DNA of 64,000 nt from positions 1,376,001 to 1,440,000 of the forward strand of contig CBDCNQ010000005.1 of NCBI GenBank assembly GCA_965219445.1, written 5' to 3'. The notes beneath the pieces were generated by a model. That model worked only from the letters and a program-made list of their open reading frames with translations, was not told where the DNA came from and did not search any database. Of this stretch, positions 8,006 through 17,617 are shown one piece after another. The DNA comes from Longimicrobiales bacterium. GTDB lineage: Bacteria > Gemmatimonadota > Gemmatimonadetes > Longimicrobiales > Gaopeijiaceae. A program made the translations under genes and the position numbers. How positions within the stretch are numbered: the first letter of the stretch is position 1; each line of letters starts with the position of its first letter.

Positions 8006-8434
8006 ATGAAAGAGAATGGAATAGCCCCACCAACCTGGGACGGTAAGCGAAGCGCGGCAGCTCCTGCGGACTCGGAGGTGGTAGATAGGCCGCTGCGCCG
8101 GCGGTTCGCTCCGTCGTACAAGCTGCGGATCGTCGAAGAAGCGGACCGGTGCACGGAGCCCGGAGAGGTTGGCCGACTCCTACGGCGGGAGGGCTTGTAC
8201 TCGTCGCACCTGACGACATGGCGCAAGGCGGCGCATAGCGGGTCCCTGAAAGCGCTGTCGAAGAAACGAGGCCGTAAGCGCGAGCGCAATCCGCTGGAGG
8301 AGAAGGTGCGCAAGCTGGAGCGCGAGAACACTCGCCTCGAGAAGGAGCTCCAGAAGGCGCACTTGATCATCGACGTCCAGGGAAAAGTTGCAGGGCTGCT
8401 GGGATTGAGCCTCGAGGACGGGACGAACTCATGA
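8006..8434 (+). CDS. IS3-family OrfA (HTH)
   Basis: RRRFAPSYKLRIVEEAD...LLRREGLYSSHLTTWR plus coiled coil; G-GGA-AAA slippery site at 8380-8386 with an open -1 frame into orfB. Confidence 0.88.
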   Translation: MKENGIAPPTWDGKRSAAAPADSEVVDRPLRRRFAPSYKLRIVEEADRCTEPGEVGRLLRREGLYSSHLTTWRKAAHSGSLKALSKKRGRKRERNPLEEKVRKLERENTRLEKELQKAHLIIDVQGKVAGLLGLSLEDGTNS

Positions 8435-9438
8435 AGGCGACCCAGGAGCTAGCCAAGCACGTAGGGGTGAAGCCCGCGTGCGATGCGCTCAGGGTGCCGC
8501 GAGCCACGTTCTACCGTCGTCGGAGTGCATCGACCGGGCATCAGCAGCCCCGCCCGACCCCCGCCCGGGCCTTAAGTGAGAGGGAGCGGGACAAGATTTT
8601 CGACACCCTGTGTTCGGAGCGGTTCGTGGACCGGTCCCCAGCCGAGGTGGTGGCGACGCTGCTCGACGAGGACGTCTACCTGTGCAGCGAGCGTACGATG
8701 TATCGCGTTCTGGCTTCCCAGGTGCCGGTTCAGGAGCGTCGAGCGCAGCGGAGTCATCCCAAATACCAGAAGCCCGAGTTGATGGCGAGGGGCCCGAACC
8801 AGGTCTGGTCCTGGGATATCACCCGGCTGCTGGGGCCGAAGAAGTGGAGTTACTTCTACCTCTACGTGATCCTGGACATCTTCAGCCGCTACGTCGTGGG
8901 ATGGATGGTGGCGGATCGGGAGAACTCTGCCCTGGCCAGCCGGCTGATCCAGCAGAGTTGCTTGAAGCATGGCGTCCAGCCCCACCTCCTGACCCTGCAT
9001 TCCGATCGAGGGGCTCCGATGACGAGCCAATGCACGGCTCAACTACTCGCCGATCTCGGCGTGACCCGCTCGTTGGGCCGACCCCAGGTCTCGGATGACA
9101 ATCCGTTCTCCGAGGCTCAGTTCAAGACCTTGAAGTACCATCCCTCGTTTCCCGGCCGGTTCGGGGATCAGGGGCAAGCCAAGACCTTCTGTCGCTCGTT
9201 CTTCCGTTGGTATAATGCCGAGCACCGCCATGGCGGCATCTCGATGCTGACCCCCGAACAGGTCCACTTCGGTCACGCCGATCGGATCATCGCCTGCAGG
9301 AAGGCCGTGCTCCGTGAGGCATGGGCCGCTCATCCCGAGCGCTTCGTCTCCGGTGAGCCGAAGCCTAAACCACTCCCGGAGGCCGTCTGGATCAATCCTC
9401 CCACCCCATCCCTCACGACACAGGAGATTGCTCTCTAA
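8431..9438 (+). CDS. IS3-family OrfB DDE transposase
   Basis: WSWDIT, LHSDRG and DNPFSEAQFKTLK integrase-core motifs. Confidence 0.92.
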   Translation: MKATQELAKHVGVKPACDALRVPRATFYRRRSASTGHQQPRPTPARALSERERDKIFDTLCSERFVDRSPAEVVATLLDEDVYLCSERTMYRVLASQVPVQERRAQRSHPKYQKPELMARGPNQVWSWDITRLLGPKKWSYFYLYVILDIFSRYVVGWMVADRENSALASRLIQQSCLKHGVQPHLLTLHSDRGAPMTSQCTAQLLADLGVTRSLGRPQVSDDNPFSEAQFKTLKYHPSFPGRFGDQGQAKTFCRSFFRWYNAEHRHGGISMLTPEQVHFGHADRIIACRKAVLREAWAAHPERFVSGEPKPKPLPEAVWINPPTPSLTTQEIAL

Positions 9439-9591
9439 TTGATTTCCAAGAGTGTCTCACTGGCGTTGACAGGTTCCGAAACGATGGGGGTGGCCTAAAT
9501 AGCGGGAACGTGGATGCGCGGTGCGATGGCTGGATGGGACTGCTGGAGTCTCTCGCCGCTCTTTTCCTGAGTGGATGCTACATCAGGGGGC

Positions 9592-9875
9592 CTAGATAAA
9601 CCTCAGGTACAGATTGAAATCGTCACGCATCCTGTTGATGATGGCGCTTTCTGCGTTGTTCCCAACCGAGTTCTTGATCTTCTTTCCCTTGCTCTCATCG
9701 TGAAAAAGGCAGTAGACGAAGTCGAGCTCGTCCGAGAGCGTGTGCACAATCGACTGACCAATGAGTTGTTTCACTAGCGAAGCATTTAGGCTTTTCTTGT
9801 ATTCGATGGCTATCAGGTACGGCGCTGTAATGATGAAGTCGGGGTAGTTCCGCGTCCCTAGGAAGAAGGTCACCA
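9592..9875 (-). pseudogene. C-terminal fragment of a PD-(D/E)XK nuclease-like protein
   Basis: YPDFII...IAIEYK...LIGQ motif; visibly lower GC; no credible N-terminus. Confidence 0.5.
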
Positions 9876-9939
9876 AAAAGAGTGGCGGCCGGGCCCTGTA
9901 GGACCCAGCCGCCATTCCGCAAAGCGGAAGCCGCCTAAG

Positions 9940-11598
9940 TCAGACCTCGCCGGCCTTCGCAGAACGAACCAGATGCTCCGCTGCACGGAACGCGAGCGCC
10001 TGGATTGTCATGGTGGGGTGATTCCGACCACCCGTGACTAGGTTGCTGCCGTCCACGATGAATAGGTTGGGCACATCGTGGGCGCGGTGGTACTTGTCGA
10101 CCACCGATGTCGATGGGTCGTCACCCATGCGGCACGTGCCACGGTTGTGCGCGCCACCACGGCTGTCACGGACCGGACCCGCCCACACCGACTGGGCACC
10201 GGCCGCCTCGAGGACCTCGATCGACTTCTGTCTGAAGAACTCCATGTTCTTGATGTCGTCGGGATGACTCGTGGACGTGATGCGCATCGCGGGCAACCCC
10301 CACTCGTCTTTCACGTTGGGATCCAGATCCACGCGGTTGGTCTCGAGCGGCAACTGCGTGGTGAAACAGGAGATCGTCATCCTGTGCCTGGATTGGTCCC
10401 TGAGCGCCTGCTTGTAGCCCGCCCCCCAGCGCGGGGCGTCGGGGCTCAGCCCCCCGAGACCATAACTGATCGGGGTTGCGTAGCCGCGGGACGTCATTCG
10501 ACCACCGCCATAGAAGCCCCGGTTGGGGTCGGTGGGGACGTAGTCCACAATTCCCGTCCCGGAGACGACGCCCTTGTAGTCATTGAGTGGATGCTCGAAG
10601 AGTCCGCTCGCGCCGGCGCCACCCCCGAGCATCAGGTACTTGCCGACGACACCGTTCGAGTTTGCGAGACCGTCAGGAAAGCGGGCCGACGCCGACATCA
10701 AGAGCAGACGAGCCGACTCCCCAGCATTCGCGGACAGCACCACCGCTTTGGCACTCTGGAATACTTCCTGTTTTTGGGCGTTGAAATAGGTAACCCCGGT
10801 CACTCGGCCACCGTTGTCCACCGATATTTCACGAACGTAGCTTCTGGCGCGGACCTCACAGTTACCGGTCTCGATAGCCAGCGGGATCACCGTGACCGCC
10901 GAGCTCGACCGAGCCTTTACGTGGCATCCGTAGCCGGAGCACATCCCACAATTGACGCACCCGGAGCGGCCCATGTACGGCTGGGTGATGATCGCTAGTG
11001 GGCCAGGCACCACGCTCAAGCCGAGCTTGGCAGCCGCCCTATAGAACAGGGCGCCCGAGGACTTCATCGGCACCGGCGGTACCGGGTACTCCTTGGACAT
11101 CGGCGCGACAAACGGGGAATCTACGCGCTGTCCCGAGATTCCCATCTCCCACTCGGCCTGAGTGTAGTAGGGCTCCAACTCCTCGTAGGAGACCGGCCAG
11201 TCCGCCATACCCGTTCCAGCAATCGTTCCGACGGTGCTGGCTTCGTTGAACTCCCACGGCAGATGGCGCCAGCTGCTACCCCCGTACGTGACGGTCCCAC
11301 CTCCGACGACGGATCCGTACCTGTGAGTGCCCCGAACGGCCTCTTCCCGGTCGTTTCTGCGGAAGGTGTTGCGCTGTCGCGCGGGGTCGCTCAACAGACG
11401 GTCTTCGTTGCTTATGTTCCGATTGAGCAACTCGTCCTTGGTGTAGTCCCGCTCATGCCCGTACTTCCCCCAGCCGCCCTGCTCGAGGATCACCACCGAA
11501 AAGCCGGCCATCGACAACTGCTTGGCCATGATGCCCCCAGCTGCCCCGGACCCGATGATGACGAAATCAACTTCTTCCTGTGGCCTGAACTGTCTCAT
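9940..11598 (-). CDS. GMC-family FAD oxidoreductase (gluconate 2-dehydrogenase/glycoside 3-dehydrogenase large-subunit type)
   Basis: IIGSGAAGG FAD motif, CVNCGMCSGYGC cluster motif, HNRGTCRMG, HPTMTIQALA. Confidence 0.92.
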   Translation of the reverse strand: MRQFRPQEEVDFVIIGSGAAGGIMAKQLSMAGFSVVILEQGGWGKYGHERDYTKDELLNRNISNEDRLLSDPARQRNTFRRNDREEAVRGTHRYGSVVGGGTVTYGGSSWRHLPWEFNEASTVGTIAGTGMADWPVSYEELEPYYTQAEWEMGISGQRVDSPFVAPMSKEYPVPPVPMKSSGALFYRAAAKLGLSVVPGPLAIITQPYMGRSGCVNCGMCSGYGCHVKARSSSAVTVIPLAIETGNCEVRARSYVREISVDNGGRVTGVTYFNAQKQEVFQSAKAVVLSANAGESARLLLMSASARFPDGLANSNGVVGKYLMLGGGAGASGLFEHPLNDYKGVVSGTGIVDYVPTDPNRGFYGGGRMTSRGYATPISYGLGGLSPDAPRWGAGYKQALRDQSRHRMTISCFTTQLPLETNRVDLDPNVKDEWGLPAMRITSTSHPDDIKNMEFFRQKSIEVLEAAGAQSVWAGPVRDSRGGAHNRGTCRMGDDPSTSVVDKYHRAHDVPNLFIVDGSNLVTGGRNHPTMTIQALAFRAAEHLVRSAKAGEV

Positions 11599-11619
11599 GT
11601 CGTTTCTCCGGTTCCGAAG

Positions 11620-12207
11620 CTATCCACGGTGCTGGGGGAGCGCGTCGTAGTAGCCGAACGGCGGCTCGTGGTTGAGAGAATCGTCGTAGCCTAGGAGCTG
11701 CCAGCCGACTTTGTCGTGATTGCCGCCGTGCACCGGGCTTGCGAAGAAGCCGGTGACCGTATGAGTCCGGACCAGGTTGAAGAACGGCGTGTCCTCGATC
11801 TCCGTGAGCACCTGGATCTGCTGGTCGAAGGTCAGGTCCGAGAATTTGCTGGCGTACGGGAAGCTCTGCCTCGTCTGCGCCGCGAGATCCTTGAGGCCCT
11901 GGGTATAGTCACCTTGGCGCTCCTGATCGAACGTCACGAGTGCCCTGTCGATGAAGGCAACCACTCGCGCCTCCCGCGCACCCGGCGTTTCGTCGGTGGG
12001 GATGATCTGGGCAGCCATTTCCTCGACCTCGAGGGCCTGCTCCGGCGTGAAAAATACGAACTTGTCCGCCTGCCCCAACTCGGCCGCCTTGAGCACATAT
12101 TCCTCAGCCGCCAGGATGCCGGGATAGTTAGCCGCGACCCAGACCCCGCCCAGGCCGGCAACCGAATCGATGAGAAATGAACGTCGTGACTTCCCTTGGG
12201 TGCTCAT
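11620..12207 (-). CDS. Gluconate 2-dehydrogenase subunit 3-family Tat partner
   Basis: SRRSFL twin-arginine signal; IIPTDETPGA; GFFASPVHGGN. Confidence 0.88.
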   Translation of the reverse strand: MSTQGKSRRSFLIDSVAGLGGVWVAANYPGILAAEEYVLKAAELGQADKFVFFTPEQALEVEEMAAQIIPTDETPGAREARVVAFIDRALVTFDQERQGDYTQGLKDLAAQTRQSFPYASKFSDLTFDQQIQVLTEIEDTPFFNLVRTHTVTGFFASPVHGGNHDKVGWQLLGYDDSLNHEPPFGYYDALPQHRG

Positions 12208-12329
12208 GCTGTCCCCCTTCGATACGTTCCTGGTTGGCTGGTTGCGTCTACGTGTCCACGCCCATTTTATCGTGTCGACGAGTTGCGTTCCGCATGATAG
12301 TAGGGACACGTGGATCTTGAGGCAAACCG

Positions 12330-13490
12330 TCAGGAGGCATGAGCAACGGCGTCGGCGATCTCCTGCCGCACCCAGTCGTTCACCTCCTCTTTCAGTAATT
12401 CCAGAAGCGACTCGCGGGCCTCTTTGGTGCCGACCCTCCCCAAGGCCCACGCCGCATGCCCGCGCACCAGTACCTCCCCATCAGTGAGGGCCCTGGCAAG
12501 AACCGGGACCGCCTCCGCAACGCCCCAGTTGCCCAACGCTACACAGACGTTGCGCAACAGCCCGGCCCGCTTCGCTCGCGTGATCGGCGATTCCTGGAAA
12601 AGTGCACGAAATTCCATCTCGTTTAGGCTCAGGAGCTGGTCGGCCAACTCCACAAGCGACGGCCCATCCAGCCCATCCCGCGCCCGATAGGCCTCTTCTT
12701 CCGCCGGCCGTACGAACCGCTCGTTCCACGGGCAGACCTCCTGGCAGATGTCGCACCCGTACACGCGGTTCCCCAGGAGCGACCGGAGCTCGACAGGTAT
12801 CGGGCCGCGGTGCTCGATGGTCAGGTAGGAGATACATCGCGGGGCGTCCATCACCGGTGCCCCCGACGCGTCACGCCCCAGCAACGCTCCCGTGGGGCAC
12901 GCATCCAGACAACTCCGGCACGTCCCGCAGTGGTCCTCCTGGAACGGAGCATCGGCATCGAGCTCCAGATCGAGCAGAAGCAGCCCCAGAAAGAAATAAG
13001 AACCCCGTTTCGGGTGGATCAGCATCGTGTTCTTCCCGAACCAGCCGACACCGGCACGCAGTGCCATCTCCCGCTCCAGAATGGGGCCGGTATCTACGTA
13101 GACGCGTCCCTCGACCGGGCCTTCCACCGATGCCTCGATCCACCGGAGGAGCTCGAGAAGCAACCTCTTGATGGCGCCGTGGTAGTCTTGGCCGCGCGCA
13201 TAGCGGGCAATCACTCCCCTCGCCGGATCGGCGGGTACGCCGGGGGGGTCCTCCTGGAAGTACTCATGACCGACCACGACCGCCGATCGGACCGAAGGCA
13301 TCGTCTGGCGGAGATCCGCGCGGCGAGCGACGGCGTCCTCGCGGGCGAGATACGCCATCTCCCCGTGCCTGCCGTCCGCCACCCATCTGCGATAGAGGTC
13401 CAGATGATCGCTCGGTTCGACCGTGGCGACCCCCACCAGACTGAAGCCCAGCCCTCGGGCCTGCTCCTTGAGACGGGTCGTCAGTGTCAC
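12330..13490 (-). CDS. queG: tRNA epoxyqueuosine(34) reductase
   Basis: IARYARGQDYH, VDTGPILER, CGTCRSCLDACPT, CISYLTIE, YGCDICQEVCPWN; GTG start overlapping the upstream stop. Confidence 0.95.
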   Translation of the reverse strand: MTLTTRLKEQARGLGFSLVGVATVEPSDHLDLYRRWVADGRHGEMAYLAREDAVARRADLRQTMPSVRSAVVVGHEYFQEDPPGVPADPARGVIARYARGQDYHGAIKRLLLELLRWIEASVEGPVEGRVYVDTGPILEREMALRAGVGWFGKNTMLIHPKRGSYFFLGLLLLDLELDADAPFQEDHCGTCRSCLDACPTGALLGRDASGAPVMDAPRCISYLTIEHRGPIPVELRSLLGNRVYGCDICQEVCPWNERFVRPAEEEAYRARDGLDGPSLVELADQLLSLNEMEFRALFQESPITRAKRAGLLRNVCVALGNWGVAEAVPVLARALTDGEVLVRGHAAWALGRVGTKEARESLLELLKEEVNDWVRQEIADAVAHAS

Positions 13491-14641
13491 ACCCTGTACT
13501 CCCTCCCTTTCCATTCGACGCGGCCTCCGCGGATCCAACTCCTCAGGAAGATGTAGTTCACTACCCCTGCCGCCAGTGGATAGAACAGGCCGGTCCAGAG
13601 CGGAGCTCGAAGACGCCAAGCGGCCAGACTCCACCCGAGGACGCTGAAACCCGTGATCGAGGTCGACCATATCCACCACGTGCTCGTTCCCCACCCCGCG
13701 AGGGACAGGAGCAAGACCACGGGAGGAACGATCCAGATCGCCACGCTGACCAAGATCGCGGTCGGCATCGTAATCGGACCGGCCCAGGTCGGAACCGCTT
13801 GGCGGGCCGCCAGAGACAGGTTCTTCGACCAGCCTTCGATCAACTCGTCGAGCGACCAGTACATACGCGTGGCGAAAACCGCCTCGCCCTCACGGACCGT
13901 GAGCCGCTTTCCGGATCTGCAGAGGATCTGCGCCAGCTGCTGGTCCTCGACGACTTCCCCCTTCACGGCTTCGTGGCCTCCAATTTCCTCGTAAACGCTC
14001 CGATCGAAGAGGATGAACTGTCCGTTGGCGATGGCGTCGCGCCAGCGCTTCGGAGGACGGGGCTTCCCCGGGTTTGGAAAGCGAAATACGAACGCGGCCA
14101 TCATGTGAGTCTGGACCAACCGCTCCCAGAACGTGTCCATGATTTGCCGCCCCAGCAGCGTGAGGGCATCGCCTCCGTCCTCCGCCAACCCGGCCACCGC
14201 ACGCCCCAGCAGTTCGGGAGCATGAACGGTGTCGGCGTCGGTGAAAAGCAGCAGATCACCCTCCGCCGCCCGGGCCCCCTGCGCGCACGCCCAGGGCTTG
14301 CCCATCCACCCTTCGGGAAGCGCCTGGCCTTCGACCACCATGACCCTCCGGGCGCGGTTCGGCAGGATCGCCCGCGCCAGGTCCAAGGTGGTGTCGTCGC
14401 TCCGGTCGTCGACCACGATCACCTCGAACTCCGGATAATCCGATGCACAGATCGACTCGACACAGGACCGGATACTTCTCTCTTCGTTCCTGGCTGGAAC
14501 GATAACGCTTACCAGTGGACCCGACCGTTCAGTCGCGCCCACCTCTGTGGCCACGTCGGGTAGCCGTCGTGGAAGCCTGACCTTGATCAGGAAATAGACT
14601 GCGAGGGCAATCCAGGGGGCGAATGCGACTGGCGGCGGCAT
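13487..14641 (-). CDS. Family 2 glycosyltransferase, membrane-anchored (CruC/CrtQ/HpnB-like)
   Basis: SVIVPARNEE, VVDDRSDD, LPEGWMGK, FTDAD, ED; C-terminal TM helices. Confidence 0.88.
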   Translation of the reverse strand: MPPPVAFAPWIALAVYFLIKVRLPRRLPDVATEVGATERSGPLVSVIVPARNEERSIRSCVESICASDYPEFEVIVVDDRSDDTTLDLARAILPNRARRVMVVEGQALPEGWMGKPWACAQGARAAEGDLLLFTDADTVHAPELLGRAVAGLAEDGGDALTLLGRQIMDTFWERLVQTHMMAAFVFRFPNPGKPRPPKRWRDAIANGQFILFDRSVYEEIGGHEAVKGEVVEDQQLAQILCRSGKRLTVREGEAVFATRMYWSLDELIEGWSKNLSLAARQAVPTWAGPITMPTAILVSVAIWIVPPVVLLLSLAGWGTSTWWIWSTSITGFSVLGWSLAAWRLRAPLWTGLFYPLAAGVVNYIFLRSWIRGGRVEWKGREYRV

Positions 14642-14692
14642 GGGGGTTGATCCACTTCCGGCTCTGGGCTCAGCGGCCGGAAATGGGCCCGC

Positions 14693-15667
14693 CTATAAAA
14701 TCGGGCGGCTGACCCGGATGGTCACCCGCTTGTCGGTGAAAAGTCCCCCGTCGTCGGCCCTGCCCTGGAGCACATACGTGCCGGGCTCGTGGAAGGTCAC
14801 CTCCGTGACCCAGCGTCCATCCTCCGGCAACTCGGGCGGCACCCAGAAAGAGGCCCACGGAGAGTTCGAGTAGGGGCGGGTGTCTTCCCAGGGCGCGATC
14901 TGCGGTGGAGTGAAGCTCACATCGCCACCCATAGGTCCGCGATAGACGAACCAGGTCAGGTGGAGTCCCAAGATCTTCTGCACGGTGATTCGTGAGGGAG
15001 TTCGCATAGCCCGGTCAAGATTCAGCGTCCCATCGTCGTTGAGGGGCAATCGCGACTCTGAACTCCACTCGGGGAGGCCGTCGTCGGTGACGTAGGCAGT
15101 CAGGGTAACGCGCTGACCCACTCGAGCCTCGATGAGGGAGTCCATCTCCAACTCGATAACTGGGGGGGTGTGTGCGCGGAGCTCCGGGTCACTGCTGCCC
15201 GCGCCGAGCGTCCCCGTCTCCGACATGATGACAATGTTGTCGACGAAGTAGTCGGACCTCAGCGAGCCGTACGCCCGCCGTTCTTCTCCGTTGGTCTTGA
15301 GCGTCCAGATCAACTCCCGTTCACCAAAGTCCGCCGGCACTCGGACTTCGAACACGAACCGGTTACGGCGGGGAAGGAAGTGTGTGGGTTGTCCCCGATC
15401 AGCAGCCCCTGGCGAAAAATTGTTGTCGGCGCCTACGGGAAGGTCCGGCTCGGCCTCCCAATTCCGGTTCATATAGCCGAAGATGAGGTTGAACGAGCCG
15501 TCAGGGTTCTGCCCCCAACCCTCGAAGGACGGGGAGATGGACTGGCCGCTCGCATAGGTGAGGCCCTGGGCTGCAGCGGGAGGGACACCTACCGCCAAGT
15601 CCAGGAACCCAAAGACGAAGCCTACTGCGGCGGCTCTCCGCAGCCGCCGAGACCAACGTCCAACCAT
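14693..15667 (-). CDS. Secreted hypothetical protein with Ig-like C-terminus
   Basis: Signal peptide; FGYMNRN, GQPTHFLPRR, TFHEPGTYVL. Confidence 0.75.
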   Translation of the reverse strand: MVGRWSRRLRRAAAVGFVFGFLDLAVGVPPAAAQGLTYASGQSISPSFEGWGQNPDGSFNLIFGYMNRNWEAEPDLPVGADNNFSPGAADRGQPTHFLPRRNRFVFEVRVPADFGERELIWTLKTNGEERRAYGSLRSDYFVDNIVIMSETGTLGAGSSDPELRAHTPPVIELEMDSLIEARVGQRVTLTAYVTDDGLPEWSSESRLPLNDDGTLNLDRAMRTPSRITVQKILGLHLTWFVYRGPMGGDVSFTPPQIAPWEDTRPYSNSPWASFWVPPELPEDGRWVTEVTFHEPGTYVLQGRADDGGLFTDKRVTIRVSRPIL

Positions 15668-15669
15668 GT

Positions 15670-17145
15670 TTATCTGTCGTCCCTCTGAGGCCTCACGTCA
15701 CTGGCCTTGGCGGGCGGCGTAGGCACGGTCGCCAAGCAAAGCGGGCATCCGATCACGTAGTCGTTCTTGGTCAGGTTGAACTTCTCCACCCGCTCGGCCA
15801 TCTCCTCCACGAACTGCTCGTCTGTGAGACCGACGCGCTCGCCCAGATCGATGAACATGTTGGACACCGACCGATTACCCGATCCCTGCCAGTTTCTTGG
15901 GTCCGGGACGTTTTGGTTGGTCTCGGTGTTGTTCATGTAACCGGTGATGTGGAGGATCGTGCCCTTGGGAAGCAGGGGCTGGTAGTCGTTTGCGAAGACG
16001 TAGGTGCGGACCCAGTTGTGGTCGTAGCCGACACAGGACAGCGTCTCGGCCTTGAACCCCCAGATGGCCTCCAGACACATCCGTTCGCCGGGAGCGTGCA
16101 GGTGTGGCTCGAAGCTGATGATCTTGGTGTGCTCCTTGGTCACCGTGTAGGCGTCGAGCCGCTGTCCGGATTGGTTGGCCTCGATATCGATGTCCGAGCC
16201 GTTGGCGAGAGAGGTGATGCCACCCTCGTACCTTGGCTCGTATCCGATCGGGTGCAGTTGGAAGGCGATCTCCAGGCGGGCCCTGGTGTCCCGACCGTTC
16301 GAGTGGAGGTGGATCGACTCGGATGCGACCTGCGAGCCCGCCTTCAACAGCCGGCCTGCATCTGGATCGAAAAGGTCCGGGTTGCGGCCGACCTCGTGCA
16401 CGGGCCAGGAAGTGCTCTCCCGCGCGTCCGGCACCTCCGTTCTCCAAATCATGTGGTGGACGATGTATCTCCTGCCCACCGTCTCTCGGCCGCCGTCTCG
16501 ATTACCTTTCACATCATTGATTTCGCGTATCTGCACGGCCGCGACGTACCGGTCCTCTTCCAAACCGAGCGGGATACTCTCGATCTCACCCCACCAGTCT
16601 GCATCCGAGCCCCTCACCAAGATCTCCTCGGAACTCACCACTAGGTCGGGCCGGATGGTCCATACACCACTGTCGTCGAATTCCCTGGCCGGGGGTAGGT
16701 CCGCCGGATCACCTTCGGGCGCGCCGTTGTCTGCCCAAGCGGCGACCATGGCAAGCTCCTCATCGCTGAGGGACGTGTCCTGCTTGTACTCCTGAATGCC
16801 GATGTTCTTCTCGACGTACCAGGGCGGCATGGCGCCAGCACGATCACGGATTGCGGTGCGCTCCTTGATCCTCCGGGAAAACCGCCGCGCCTCTTGGTAC
16901 GTGACGAGCGACATAGGGGCGACGCCCACCGGGTTGTGACAATTCTGGCAGCTCCGCTGCAGGATCGGCGCGATGTCCCTGCTGAACGTCACGTCTTCCG
17001 GATTGAAAACGAGATCGGATGTGGAGGCGAAGTCCTGAGCCCCGAGCGCAAATGGCACTATCAGGAGGAGGGCCGCCGGAAGCATCAGAAGCCGACCGAT
17101 CGTGTCCTTCCACCCGAAATTCTTTCCGTAACGCATCGCTTTCAC
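15670..17145 (-). CDS. Secreted c-type cytochrome fused to a copper type II (PHM-like) monooxygenase domain
   Basis: CQNCH heme motif; MPPW; IVHH, IHLH, PHLH and SNM candidate copper ligands. Confidence 0.75.
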   Translation of the reverse strand: MKAMRYGKNFGWKDTIGRLLMLPAALLLIVPFALGAQDFASTSDLVFNPEDVTFSRDIAPILQRSCQNCHNPVGVAPMSLVTYQEARRFSRRIKERTAIRDRAGAMPPWYVEKNIGIQEYKQDTSLSDEELAMVAAWADNGAPEGDPADLPPAREFDDSGVWTIRPDLVVSSEEILVRGSDADWWGEIESIPLGLEEDRYVAAVQIREINDVKGNRDGGRETVGRRYIVHHMIWRTEVPDARESTSWPVHEVGRNPDLFDPDAGRLLKAGSQVASESIHLHSNGRDTRARLEIAFQLHPIGYEPRYEGGITSLANGSDIDIEANQSGQRLDAYTVTKEHTKIISFEPHLHAPGERMCLEAIWGFKAETLSCVGYDHNWVRTYVFANDYQPLLPKGTILHITGYMNNTETNQNVPDPRNWQGSGNRSVSNMFIDLGERVGLTDEQFVEEMAERVEKFNLTKNDYVIGCPLCLATVPTPPAKASDVRPQRDDR

Positions 17146-17254
17146 TCCAATTGCGGAGAGACAACTCTGGGCGCAAAAAAAGAGATTCCGAGCCGGCTAT
17201 AAGAATAGTTAAGGGGCCACGAGTACGTCAAAAAGGACTGAGACCGGCCGAGCG

Positions 17255-17617
17255 CTACTGCCCCTTCCTCGCCCAGCGATCCCCGTCCCGGGTGCGGTAC
17301 TTCTCCATCACAGCGTCGAGCGCCTTGCCGAGGTCGATCCCCTGCTCGTTGGCCATACAAAGGATGACGAACAACACGTCGGCCAGCTCCTCCGCCATCT
17401 CCTGCTCACTCTCGTCGGGCCTCTTGGGCTTGGTGCCGAAGCGATGGTTCACCAGGCGTGCGAGTTCCCCCACTTCCTCCATGAGCCGGGCCAGGTTTGC
17501 CAACGGCGGCCAATAGCCCTCTTCGAATTGGGAGATCCACTCCTCCACTCGGTCCTGAGCGTCCAGCAATCCAGGATGCTGAGGCCGAACCTTCCCAGGA
17601 GTCCCGGGGTCCGTCAT
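17255..17617 (-). CDS. MazG-like nucleotide pyrophosphohydrolase (YpjD type)
   Basis: LMEEVGELAR...EELADVLF...RDGDRW. Confidence 0.9.
   Translation of the reverse strand: MTDPGTPGKVRPQHPGLLDAQDRVEEWISQFEEGYWPPLANLARLMEEVGELARLVNHRFGTKPKRPDESEQEMAEELADVLFVILCMANEQGIDLGKALDAVMEKYRTRDGDRWARKGQ

Larger units (their letters stand above)
7919..9471 (+). mobile_element. IS3-family insertion sequence, apparently intact
   Basis: Imperfect IRs TGCCAACTTACGTGAGACAC (7919) and reverse-complement TGTCAACGCCAGTGAGACAC (ending 9471); orfA/orfB layout. Confidence 0.88.
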
